Source: an uncultured Mycoplasmatota bacterium
Lineage (GTDB): Bacteria; Bacillota_I; Bacilli_A; RF39; UBA660
Direction: 5' to 3'
Assembly: GCA_947296775.1 (NCBI GenBank)
Contig: CAMYRF010000001.1
Coordinates: 1-45,420, forward strand
Length of the DNA: 45,420 nucleotides
Position 1 is the first letter of the stretch; each line of letters starts with the position of its first letter. Of this stretch, positions 1 to 9,008 are shown one piece after another. The position numbers and the translations under genes were made by a program. The notes under the pieces were generated by a model. That model searched no databases. It was given only the letters and a program-made list of their open reading frames with translations, and was not told the DNA's origin.

Positions 1-66
1 AACAAAAACCTTCTCACAGAATGAGAAGGCTTTGCGCAAATAGGCTCCGTAGAGTATCTATCGCTA
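1..66 (-). ncRNA. Wrap-around copy of the sRNA 3' part plus intrinsic terminator of the 117-bp cassette
   Basis: 1-66 is identical to the first 66 nt of the units at 45132 and 45249. Minus strand reads CCTTCTCA-TTCTG-TGAGAAGG followed by TTTTTGTT. The sequence upstream of this copy differs from the other copies. Confidence 0.5.
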
Positions 67-157
67 TTATATTCTATGCCCAAAACATCCTATTTATTCT
101 TTATTATTAAGATTTTATCACAGTTTTCTAACAATGTAAAATTTATATATATAAATT

Positions 158-186
158 AAAAAAACCTAGATCATTACGACCCAGGC
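158..186 (-). terminator. Intrinsic terminator at the end of the late operon
   Basis: Minus strand CCTGGGTC-GTAAT-GATCTAGG (8-bp stem with 2 G-U pairs) followed by T7. Confidence 0.65.
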
Positions 187-261
187 ATTTTTATATATTT
201 ATTGTTTACATAAATTTTTTCTCGTAATATTTACTTATTTTTCTATTATTAAATAAATCCA

Positions 262-699
262 CTATATATCAAAATTTTTCCATATTCTTTCATCGACCAT
301 CAGTGGATCATATACATTATCATTTATCATACTTTCATATTCTGTATTTTCCCTCATAACACGTTCACCAATAGCATAAATACCGATTCCACCAGCTCCA
401 TATGGTAACCCGTTCCACTGTTGCCACTCCTGGACTGTTGTAGGCGGTTCTAATGTCTCACCTTCTAATATAGATACACGATTAATTAAATTTTCTACAG
501 TTTCACCTAAAGATTTAATCTGCTTTTGTAAATCAGGATATTCATTATTTATGTTAATGTTATCAGTAGCTATTCTTTTTAATTCATCACTTTCGCTTTC
601 AGTAAGACGATTTTCTACCCATAATTTATTTATTTTATAAAGCATATCTTCTAATTTATATTCATTTTTATTTAGTACATCTTTTATAATGTTATACAT
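262..699 (-). CDS. Hypothetical protein downstream of the tail fibre (possible fibre chaperone, XkdX-like N-terminus)
   Basis: 145-aa ORF overlapping the fibre gene stop by 8 nt. The call rests on position and a weak N-terminal resemblance. Confidence 0.35.
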   Translation of the reverse strand: MYNIIKDVLNKNEYKLEDMLYKINKLWVENRLTESESDELKRIATDNININNEYPDLQKQIKSLGETVENLINRVSILEGETLEPPTTVQEWQQWNGLPYGAGGIGIYAIGERVMRENTEYESMINDNVYDPLMVDERIWKNFDI

Positions 700-2758
700 T
701 CTTTACCACCTCTGTTTGTAAGTTTAATAGTTTAGTTTCTAATTTTTGTTGTGCAAGTGCTAAATCTTTTGGATATTGAGCATTAATTATTGGCTTCACA
801 ACACCATCCACGATAATATTTGTGCATGGATTAAAGGTTTTTAACTGTCTTAATATTTCTAGCAACTCTGGTTCTAACGACTCTGTAACTGGATTTTCAA
901 GTACATATGAACATTGTATTGTCATTCCTGTATCTAACAAATATTTAATATAATTATTAAATGCAGTTCTTTTTTGTTCTGTAGGAGTTCCTTGTTCTAT
1001 CCCTAAACGTGAATTAGAAAATTTTAAATTAAACATATTGCTTGATTGACAACATCCTTCATCCGCAACACTTATTGCGCCAGCAACAAATTTTAAAATT
1101 GTACAAAACACTTGATTACCAGAACCAGTAGAAGCGTTTGGTAACTCTATGTATCGTCCATAATAACCACTTGTGTTTATATTATCACCATACCACACTT
1201 CTTTTCCAGTAAAAGTATAAATAGCCATTTTGTTCACTCTGTTTATTGATGTAATAACATCAATATATTTTTTGGTGCCTAATAATGGTTTTTTTAATAC
1301 ATACAAAATAGAATTTTCTGTATAACCAGCATACTCTGTTGGAATTTCTCCAACTTCTATTTGTAAATTTTTAAAATCACTTAAAAAGTTGGGAACCTTA
1401 GAGTAAGTAACATAAATATAGATTATGCTGTCTGTTTTCCTGGTAAAAGTATTAAAATTACTACCTTGGTTATTGTGATACAACCAACCATAGCTATTAG
1501 CAAGCCCATTGGTCGCATCCCATGAAATAAACGCATAATAACCCCAACCATCTAAAATTCTGTTACCAGATGTTGTAAGAGTTACATTAGATGGTACTCT
1601 TATTGGTAACACTGCATATCCACCATCTACTCTTGTCCAGTTATCCAAATTAGATGCATACTCCCAATTAAACAGATTTTTACCTACAATTTTTATATTA
1701 AGTTCTGTTACTCCCATAATTTCACTTGGATTTTCTGGAGTCGGACTTTCTTTTTGTATGGTATTTCCCATAATAGAATTTATTTTCAAGTTACCGTCCA
1801 TTGTACTATCTATTGCTGTATCATCGCTGATTACGATATCTACATATGGTTTATCCATCTTGTCCCTAAGCATATAATCCACCTCTTCCTGGGTGTATAA
1901 GTTTGGCTTATCTGTTATATCTTCCCATGTGCTGGCACCATCTTCACCCGCTGGACCAATAGGGCCTATATCCCCCTTTTCACCCTGAGGCCCTTGAATT
2001 CCTCTTTCTCCTTGTGGGCCAACAGGACCTATATCTCCTTTGTCTCCTTTTAAACCTTGCAATCCTTGCGGACCTTGTGGTCCAACTAATCCCTGGTCCC
2101 CTTTTTCTCCACGATCACCTTTTGCGCCAGTTAAACCAATAGGTCCTTGCGGACCCTGAATACCAGTATCCCCCTTATCGCCTTTATCTCCTTTATCACC
2201 TTTAGGTCCTTGTTCCCCGCATTCTCCTTTATCCCCCTTAGGACCTTTTATATTAACGGGTTCAGGATTTACTAATCCTTTATCATTGGACCAGGTTAAA
2301 TTACCATCAGCAGTTAATTCAGGTGTAAATGTCGCACCATTATACACACCATTATTTATATCATTTATTAAATTTCTTAGATCATCATACAAAAATTTTA
2401 AATTAGGGTCTAAAGGTAATTCGACTGTAGTATCTGAAATATTTACATTATTAATCTCAATTATAAACGGGTTAAAATTTCTTGTTTTAAAACCATTTCT
2501 AACTGTTAAAACACAACTGTATCTGCCGATATTTTGTGTTAAATCACCATATACTATATATTCATTTTTTTCTAAAGCAATACATTCAATTACCTTACTA
2601 CCATTAGAGATAGTAAGGTCGTATGTATTGTTTTCACCAGTAAACAATTCTTTGTTTAAAAATATAAGTTTAGTTACTTCATTGTCATTTTTATTTGCAA
2701 CTTTATAGCATTTTATTGATTCTTTCCCAAAAGTTAAATCAATTTTTATTTCATGCAT
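692..2758 (-). CDS. Tail fibre / baseplate upper protein (BppU-like N-terminus) with a collagen-like Gly-X-Y domain
   Basis: About 100 aa of uninterrupted GxY repeats ([35 protein letters not shown]...), typical of phage fibres. Confidence 0.8.
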   Translation of the reverse strand: MHEIKIDLTFGKESIKCYKVANKNDNEVTKLIFLNKELFTGENNTYDLTISNGSKVIECIALEKNEYIVYGDLTQNIGRYSCVLTVRNGFKTRNFNPFIIEINNVNISDTTVELPLDPNLKFLYDDLRNLINDINNGVYNGATFTPELTADGNLTWSNDKGLVNPEPVNIKGPKGDKGECGEQGPKGDKGDKGDKGDTGIQGPQGPIGLTGAKGDRGEKGDQGLVGPQGPQGLQGLKGDKGDIGPVGPQGERGIQGPQGEKGDIGPIGPAGEDGASTWEDITDKPNLYTQEEVDYMLRDKMDKPYVDIVISDDTAIDSTMDGNLKINSIMGNTIQKESPTPENPSEIMGVTELNIKIVGKNLFNWEYASNLDNWTRVDGGYAVLPIRVPSNVTLTTSGNRILDGWGYYAFISWDATNGLANSYGWLYHNNQGSNFNTFTRKTDSIIYIYVTYSKVPNFLSDFKNLQIEVGEIPTEYAGYTENSILYVLKKPLLGTKKYIDVITSINRVNKMAIYTFTGKEVWYGDNINTSGYYGRYIELPNASTGSGNQVFCTILKFVAGAISVADEGCCQSSNMFNLKFSNSRLGIEQGTPTEQKRTAFNNYIKYLLDTGMTIQCSYVLENPVTESLEPELLEILRQLKTFNPCTNIIVDGVVKPIINAQYPKDLALAQQKLETKLLNLQTEVVKNV

Positions 2759-2766
2759 ATTATCAC

Positions 2767-3756
2767 CTATCCAATATATTTTTTAGTTCCGTTAAATGCA
2801 CACACCCAGCCACTTGGTATACGCATCCAGATTTCATTGCCTATATTTTTTATTTCTTTACATGTTACTGTAACATTTTTGTTCAATTGTCCTTTGGCAT
2901 TGCAGTTTTTTTGTGCATTCGGAGTTAATTTAGAACGTGTTTTTTTAGTACAACTTGTACCAGCACCAGTTCTAATATTAAGTGCATCCACTAATGTTTT
3001 ATATTCATTTCCTACTATATAATTATTTTCTGTAATTCGTGTTAAATATTCCAGCGAACTCCATCCCTGATACTCCTTAACATATCCCCATCCATTATTT
3101 TCATTAATTACAGTGACCGTTTCTCCTTTTTGAATACGTTTTCCAGTATCATTACCATTTGGGTTGTCACGAACTCTTAATGTTGTTGCCTGAGTAGTTA
3201 CTTTGGCACGATATTCATTTTGTGTAGGTTGTATCACTGTTTCTTTAACTTCACCTATCAAACCTTTAACAATAGCATCTGACATTGTTTCACAATTATA
3301 AAGACCCACATCAATCTCACTGTCACAGAAACAACATTCAATTAAAATAGCTGGTGCTTTTGTTTTTTTAAGTACATATAAATCAGTTCTATCTTTTACT
3401 CCACGATTTTTAAATCCTAATTGAGCTATCGCATTACAAATATTTTGAGCTACTGTTTTAGTTTTATTTGAATACTGCAAAACTTCAACTCCATGACCCT
3501 GACCATTTGAAGCATTAAAATGAATACTTATATCTAAATCAACTGTATGATCATTGCATTTAGATACGATATTTTTAAGATTTTCATTTTGAGTCTTACC
3601 ACTGTCATCTGTACAATCATATACTGTATAACCTAGTGATTGTAATTTAGATATTACTGTATCTTTAACTTTTCTATCCTCTGTTACTTCGTTAAATTTA
3701 CCATTAGCTCCTGGAACAATAGTGTTATGTCCAGCGTGAATATTATAAATTCCCAT
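2767..3756 (-). CDS. Endolysin: N-acetylmuramoyl-L-alanine amidase (Amidase_3-like) with C-terminal SH3-like repeats
   Basis: N-terminus [11 protein letters not shown]...IHFNA...GVE is typical of the family. It sits next to the holin. Confidence 0.85.
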   Translation of the reverse strand: MGIYNIHAGHNTIVPGANGKFNEVTEDRKVKDTVISKLQSLGYTVYDCTDDSGKTQNENLKNIVSKCNDHTVDLDISIHFNASNGQGHGVEVLQYSNKTKTVAQNICNAIAQLGFKNRGVKDRTDLYVLKKTKAPAILIECCFCDSEIDVGLYNCETMSDAIVKGLIGEVKETVIQPTQNEYRAKVTTQATTLRVRDNPNGNDTGKRIQKGETVTVINENNGWGYVKEYQGWSSLEYLTRITENNYIVGNEYKTLVDALNIRTGAGTSCTKKTRSKLTPNAQKNCNAKGQLNKNVTVTCKEIKNIGNEIWMRIPSGWVCAFNGTKKYIG

Positions 3757-3757
3757 A

Positions 3758-3994
3758 TTATTTATCCTCCTTATCTTCTAAATCACTAATACGATGATTT
3801 GCCACTTTCATTTTTTCTTCTAATAAATATGTTCTCTCTACTACAGAATTATGTTTCTCAACTTTTTTATCAAGTTCATCTATTCTATATTGTAATAACG
3901 CATTAGCTTTATTGTTGCTCACCATAGTTGCTATAACTGAAGGTACTGCAACACACAACCCACTTACCAATGCAACTGCAATAGCTTCACTCAT
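3758..3994 (-). CDS. Lysis-associated membrane protein (XhlA/BhlA-like: N-terminal TM plus coiled coil)
   Basis: One N-terminal TM helix followed by a coiled coil. Located between holin and endolysin. Confidence 0.5.
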   Translation of the reverse strand: MSEAIAVALVSGLCVAVPSVIATMVSNNKANALLQYRIDELDKKVEKHNSVVERTYLLEEKMKVANHRISDLEDKEDK

Positions 3995-4003
3995 TTTTTT
4001 TAC

Positions 4004-4264
4004 CTACTTACCAGGTTCCTGATACTGCATTGCTCTAACTGAATCTGATACACCTTCTGTTGTAGGGTCGACTACAATTCCTAGAATCACTAGTAATGCA
4101 AATACTGAATTTACTACTATTAATAACTTATTGCCTAAATCTCCAAAATCTAATGTATAGCCAAACACTCCAGCTACTGCTTGTAAAACTAATAACACTG
4201 CTGGTATTAATGATAACCAAAATTGTCTGTTTGCAATTCTTACTTTCCAATTAATTTTATTCAT
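4004..4264 (-). CDS. Holin, phi LC3 / Phage_holin_1 family
   Basis: MNKINWKVRIANRQFW..., TM helices and DPTTEGVSDS match the family signature as I recall it. Confidence 0.85.
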   Translation of the reverse strand: MNKINWKVRIANRQFWLSLIPAVLLVLQAVAGVFGYTLDFGDLGNKLLIVVNSVFALLVILGIVVDPTTEGVSDSVRAMQYQEPGK

Positions 4265-4281
4265 ATTTTTTCCTTCTTTCT

Positions 4282-6066
4282 TTATCTAATATATCTGATA
4301 GTTATTCTGTATCGATTTAATGAAACCGTAGCTCCAGTACTAATACGAATCTCATCTTTGTATAAATCATAGTATACCTCTGCTTGTGCACTTGCTAGTG
4401 CTGTTCCATTACCAACATTTGGTACAGATGCACCAACACTTCGAGAATCGGTATAAATGAACATATATGTATTTTGCCAGTCTATCCATGCTTCCATTGG
4501 ATGCTCTACTCCTATCGGAATAGCTATACTACTTAATACCTTACCTCCACCATCCCCAAAAAACGTTTTTGTGTAAATAGGAGCTTTAAGTCCATCTAAT
4601 TTAAGGTAATCTCCAGTAAACTGTTCTTCCTCACTAAAAATAAACGCTTTACATTTAATATCAGCTCTTTCTCCACCAACTTGTAACACTCCACCAATTT
4701 TTTCATCATAAAATGCGCCAAATGCAACACCATTACGATGAATAGCCATATTAGGTATACCACTTGTTAAAATAGTTGTTTTTTCTGCATTTGCTAATTT
4801 ATCTGAAACAACCAGCTTAAAATCATAGTTATTTCCTACAGTGAATCCGTTAGCATCCAAATCACCTTTTATTTCCAAACTTCCATTAAATACATTAGAA
4901 GTTATTTTGGGGGTTATAGAAGTAGTTCCTTGTTTCCATGTTCCCATACCTTGTGCTTTATAAAAATACTGTACTTTTAAACTGTTGGTTAATTTTCCAA
5001 AATTTTCATCCCAAAAATTTCCTTCATATTTTAATGTAACATTAGAACCAATACCACCCTTTGCACGCTCTAAAGATAATGATGTAATTGCAGGTGGTGT
5101 ATACTGCCTATAATTGCTTATATTTAATATCTTTTCAACTGTATTTCCGCGTGAATCTTCTACATAAACTTTAATTATACTGTCATTTACATTCTCTAAA
5201 TTAAAATCACCATGAGTAGCACTTGTCTGAACTGTATTTCCACAGATAACCTTATACTGCTTAATCGTAGCTTCCTTTACTGGTGTAGCCTGAGGAACTG
5301 TAACAGTAATATTGCTATACCCCTTTATAACTGTTGAATTGCTAACTAAATCTAAATGATTTGTACTTTCCCATGTTGGAGTACCTACAGTCGGTATTGG
5401 GTCCTTGATAACAAAGGTTCTGTCATGATAGCTTGCCCATGTTGTCCCATTACTGTATAGTCCAACACGAATAGTACAGCTGTTGCCTTTACATGCCTGA
5501 CGCAACTGTTTACGCTCTGCTTCTGTTAAAGACCATGTATATCTTCCGCCAGTACCTCTAAAAGTACGCTCGCATAAATGCGGTCCACTTGGATTTGGCT
5601 CGAGCCATGCCCGCAATTCCCAGTTTGCTGGGTTAGTGTAATCAATCCATGGATTTTCTTCATCATTGAAACTTGCTGGTAAGTTAGTGATATTTGCTTG
5701 ACGAGGAATAGTCGGTAATGACCACGAACCGCTTGTATCTTCATTTACTGAACTTGTATATACCGCAGAGACAACATGTGCTCCAAATGAAGCGTTACCA
5801 TTAACATCATGCTGAATAGTTTTGTATCCGTTTGCCAGATCACCTTTGTACCTCTTGGTACGACTGTTACTGTTTACCAGAACTTCTCCAAATGCATCTG
5901 CATAGTCTCTATAATGATAATAATAAGAACTTGTTCCACCTACGACTGTAACACGCCAGTATATTGTAGATGTATTGCTTGCAATATTCTGACTTACCAG
6001 CGACCATGCAAACTCTAAATATCGTCCCTGATATCCGCCTCCACCTATTACTCCACTGTTAGCCAT
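4282..6066 (-). CDS. Tail / receptor-binding structural protein (DUF859-like N-terminus)
   Basis: 594 aa, overlaps the upstream tail-tip gene, lies in the distal tail module. Confidence 0.5.
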   Translation of the reverse strand: MANSGVIGGGGYQGRYLEFAWSLVSQNIASNTSTIYWRVTVVGGTSSYYYHYRDYADAFGEVLVNSNSRTKRYKGDLANGYKTIQHDVNGNASFGAHVVSAVYTSSVNEDTSGSWSLPTIPRQANITNLPASFNDEENPWIDYTNPANWELRAWLEPNPSGPHLCERTFRGTGGRYTWSLTEAERKQLRQACKGNSCTIRVGLYSNGTTWASYHDRTFVIKDPIPTVGTPTWESTNHLDLVSNSTVIKGYSNITVTVPQATPVKEATIKQYKVICGNTVQTSATHGDFNLENVNDSIIKVYVEDSRGNTVEKILNISNYRQYTPPAITSLSLERAKGGIGSNVTLKYEGNFWDENFGKLTNSLKVQYFYKAQGMGTWKQGTTSITPKITSNVFNGSLEIKGDLDANGFTVGNNYDFKLVVSDKLANAEKTTILTSGIPNMAIHRNGVAFGAFYDEKIGGVLQVGGERADIKCKAFIFSEEEQFTGDYLKLDGLKAPIYTKTFFGDGGGKVLSSIAIPIGVEHPMEAWIDWQNTYMFIYTDSRSVGASVPNVGNGTALASAQAEVYYDLYKDEIRISTGATVSLNRYRITIRYIR

Positions 6067-8152
6067 TGTCTATTACCTCTACTTCCTCTGAGTTTATTCT
6101 ATTTATTACTGTCTGATTATTAATATCCTGAATTAATAAATTTACTATCGTTGCTTTGTTTTTAACAACAACAGAATTAGCTACAAGTCCTTCATCATCA
6201 AAAGTAGCAATATACTCTCCTTGTTTATTCATAAATCCTATAATATCTGCATTTGCAACAAACACTACATCTGTTCCAACTGATGAAATACGAATACCAC
6301 GTCCTATTTGAACTGTATCAGACCATGTTTCATTTGGATTTAAAGACCATTCTACTGGTTGTTCTCCTTTATTTAACATTAAATTTATTATTGGGCATGA
6401 ATTATTTGCATCTGATACAAATTCTATTTCTATTGAATTAGTAGTAACAGTAAAAGTATGCTTAAATTCTGTATAATCATTGTTCGATAATATAAATTCT
6501 TCTCCATTTATAATAATTTTCACCTTTGCAAGATTGAGTAATTTTTTATATGTAAATGATAATGTGTAAGTACCATTGATTACCTGAATATGCTGTTTTA
6601 GACTGCCGTTTTTTAACAACAAAGCATAACCATACATATTTCTTATACGAGTTTCAGGTGTTGAGTCAACATTAAAATCACCTTCCCATGAACCATCATT
6701 AAAAACTCCGATACTGTCATGGATCAGGTTTTCTCCATAAGCATTAAAACCATTAATTTTTAGTTCCCCATTTTCATTTAAATAAAAACTTGGGTTGCTG
6801 ATCTCACCATTATCATCACGTTTACCGATTCTTATTACACCACTCTGTAAATCAAGTTCAAACATTTCACCTTGCAATACACCAGTAGTTATAGCATTAG
6901 CATTAAAATTACCATCCAAATCAAAAGCAATATTTTTGAATGTCTTTCCTCCATCCTCACTATAACCTAATCCTCCTGATGTAAATTTCCATAAACACGT
7001 ATCATCCCTTAATTCAGGTGTATTCATGATGGACCATCCACTCGGGAATCCATTTGCATTTAAATCTATTTTAAAATAACCACCCTGATTGCCTAAAATT
7101 TTATCAGTAGTGTTTTTAAATGCATCGGTTAATGTTCCATACAGTTTATTTATTTTAATTTCTGTTGGTGACTGATTCATCACTGCATTTATTTCTGTTT
7201 CACCCTTGCAGTTTATGCTTGATTTTATCCCAGTTAATGTTATTGAATGCTCACTTAATAAAACATTATGGAAACTGCCTTCCTTATCCTGAACTTTAAC
7301 AATATCTGTAATTTCTAAAGCTGGATTACCCCGCCATGCAACTGTACATGGTGTGTATGTAAACGGACATATTTTTTCATATATATCATCTAAAATTTCC
7401 TGAGTCATATACGGATTATCGAACGTTATTCCAAATCCATTTCCAGCAACAAATACATTTTCACTGCTACCGCTTGTCAATGAATTTATAACTATATCTT
7501 CATCAGATGTTCTATTAAATCCGCCCATTAACTGCAAATCATATGTTATTTCAAAACCGCATTCTTTGTACCAGTACGCTACTAATTTATTATCGGGATT
7601 GATTGTTCCATTGCATCCCATAAGTCCTAACATATAGCCTAGAAACTGATTACATGTAGTGTTCTCTACATATCCATCAATAGTAATATTAGGTATATTT
7701 TTTATATCGTGAGCTATATTGCACTGATTACATATATCGTTTATAACCGCAGATAAATTAGATGGATACTCTATATCAGGTTCATATATTTTATTTAATC
7801 TGTAGGCACTGTCATAAGCCATAACTGTAATAATATCACTGTTATCTGTTTTGCTTATTTCTGCTATGTAATATGTACCTTTGTTTATATATTCCCCGTT
7901 AATCCCGCTTAATATTTTTACAGAACCATTTTTAAGAGGTATCTTATCTAAGGGCATCTTAAATTTTATGGTTGCTTTATTGCTATTTATCTCACCGATT
8001 TTTAATTTTGATTCACTAAAAGAAATTTCATCCAAAGTTACCGATATAACTTCATCAGTTAATTCTCTGTTGTTATTAAAAATAGCCTTAACACCTATAT
8101 TACGATTAGGTGCTATGACTGTTTTTATAAAATCTGCACTTGTATTAATCAT
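6059..8152 (-). CDS. Tail tip / minor structural protein (prophage tail endopeptidase, Tal-like)
   Basis: 697 aa. The N-terminus MINTSADFIKTVIAPNRN is typical of siphovirus Tal N-terminal regions. Position is after the tape measure and distal tail genes. Confidence 0.65.
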   Translation of the reverse strand: MINTSADFIKTVIAPNRNIGVKAIFNNNRELTDEVISVTLDEISFSESKLKIGEINSNKATIKFKMPLDKIPLKNGSVKILSGINGEYINKGTYYIAEISKTDNSDIITVMAYDSAYRLNKIYEPDIEYPSNLSAVINDICNQCNIAHDIKNIPNITIDGYVENTTCNQFLGYMLGLMGCNGTINPDNKLVAYWYKECGFEITYDLQLMGGFNRTSDEDIVINSLTSGSSENVFVAGNGFGITFDNPYMTQEILDDIYEKICPFTYTPCTVAWRGNPALEITDIVKVQDKEGSFHNVLLSEHSITLTGIKSSINCKGETEINAVMNQSPTEIKINKLYGTLTDAFKNTTDKILGNQGGYFKIDLNANGFPSGWSIMNTPELRDDTCLWKFTSGGLGYSEDGGKTFKNIAFDLDGNFNANAITTGVLQGEMFELDLQSGVIRIGKRDDNGEISNPSFYLNENGELKINGFNAYGENLIHDSIGVFNDGSWEGDFNVDSTPETRIRNMYGYALLLKNGSLKQHIQVINGTYTLSFTYKKLLNLAKVKIIINGEEFILSNNDYTEFKHTFTVTTNSIEIEFVSDANNSCPIINLMLNKGEQPVEWSLNPNETWSDTVQIGRGIRISSVGTDVVFVANADIIGFMNKQGEYIATFDDEGLVANSVVVKNKATIVNLLIQDINNQTVINRINSEEVEVIDNG

Positions 8153-8165
8153 ACTATTACCTCCT

Positions 8166-8195
8166 TTGTTATAGCACCATCGTTAATGCTATAAT
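8166..8195 (+). promoter_or_regulatory. Sigma-A type promoter with extended -10 for the plus-strand moron
   Basis: TTGTTA, 18-nt spacer ending in TGC, then TATAAT. Confidence 0.55.
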
Positions 8196-8222
8196 AAAAG
8201 CAGAAAGCGAGGTGAGTAATTA

Positions 8223-8426
8223 TTGATTATAAAGTTTAAAGGCTTTTGCCCTATGCGTAAAACCGATGTGGAAATTAGCATTGATTACATTGATGCTAGT
8301 GATTTAAACGAAAATTACGCTATAAAGGGCACTGGGGATTGTCCACATATAAAAACTGGAAAACAATGTAGTATTTCCAATGATTGCCCAATTATTAAAC
8401 AAGCCCCTGAAAAAATATCGATTTAA
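8223..8426 (+). CDS. Cys-rich 67-aa protein of unknown function (opposite-strand moron in the tail module)
   Basis: TTG start 7 nt after GAGGTGA. Has its own promoter and terminator. Four Cys residues (FCP, DCP, QC, DCP). Confidence 0.55.
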   Translation: MIIKFKGFCPMRKTDVEISIDYIDASDLNENYAIKGTGDCPHIKTGKQCSISNDCPIIKQAPEKISI

Positions 8427-8440
8427 ACTCGATATTTTTT
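8410..8440. terminator. Bidirectional intrinsic terminator hairpin
   Basis: AAAAATATCGA-TTTAAAC-TCGATATTTTT with A and T runs on both sides. Confidence 0.6.
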
Positions 8441-8623
8441 CATTTTATCCGTTAGACAAGTAATATCTAATTGTTTAACTGGGAATGTTAACGTCATTCT
8501 TGGAACATCATTAACTGAATGCTCAATAGAATATTTATTAATCTTTCCAGCGAACTCTTCACCATCAATTTTTACTGATACTTCTCCTTGACCTTTATCA
8601 ACTATTTCTACTTTATTAATCAT
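8423..8623 (-). CDS. Hypothetical small tail-module protein
   Basis: 66-aa ORF on the late-operon strand, closely packed with its neighbours. Confidence 0.45.
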   Translation of the reverse strand: MINKVEIVDKGQGEVSVKIDGEEFAGKINKYSIEHSVNDVPRMTLTFPVKQLDITCLTDKMKKYRV

Positions 8624-8629
8624 GCTATC

Positions 8630-8995
8630 CTACCTTTCAATGAAATTTAAATTTATCGTTTCCCATATCCAGCATTGTTTTAATTTATCATATTTAAATA
8701 TTGGCATAGTTCTGTCACCGACATATGCAGTTATTGTTTTTCTAACGTTTTCTATAGGATCAGGATATTCCAAAGAAAAGAATACTGGTTCGACTGCTTT
8801 TAATAATTTACTTACCTGTGCATCTGTAAGCCCTACAAATGTACAATTAACTTTGCGTTTTATGGCTTTTCTGTCTCTAAACATATCTCCATTTTGGTTA
8901 CGTCCTGAACCTTCTTCTGAATCTAAATCATAAACTTGAAATTCTAATGAAGAAGGATTGAAACCTACTCCATTAATTTTAATAACATAGTCCAT
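8630..8995 (-). CDS. Tail component directly after the tape measure (distal-tail-like)
   Basis: Called from position only; 121 aa. Confidence 0.4.
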   Translation of the reverse strand: MDYVIKINGVGFNPSSLEFQVYDLDSEEGSGRNQNGDMFRDRKAIKRKVNCTFVGLTDAQVSKLLKAVEPVFFSLEYPDPIENVRKTITAYVGDRTMPIFKYDKLKQCWIWETINLNFIER

Positions 8996-9008
8996 TTCAA
9001 TCCCTCCT

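Noticed and set aside
1950-2250. Nucleotide-level periodic repeat that could be mistaken for a tandem repeat or CRISPR-like element
   Set aside because: It is the Gly-X-Y collagen-like coding tract of the tail fibre, with a 9-nt or 3-nt periodicity rather than a repeat-spacer structure.
5526-5744. Same-strand nested ORFs in alternative frames (also 13649-13855, 29597-29785, 30824-31036, 43199-43429, 43405-43611)
   Set aside because: They are embedded in longer ORFs with recognisable domains and have no independent translation signals.
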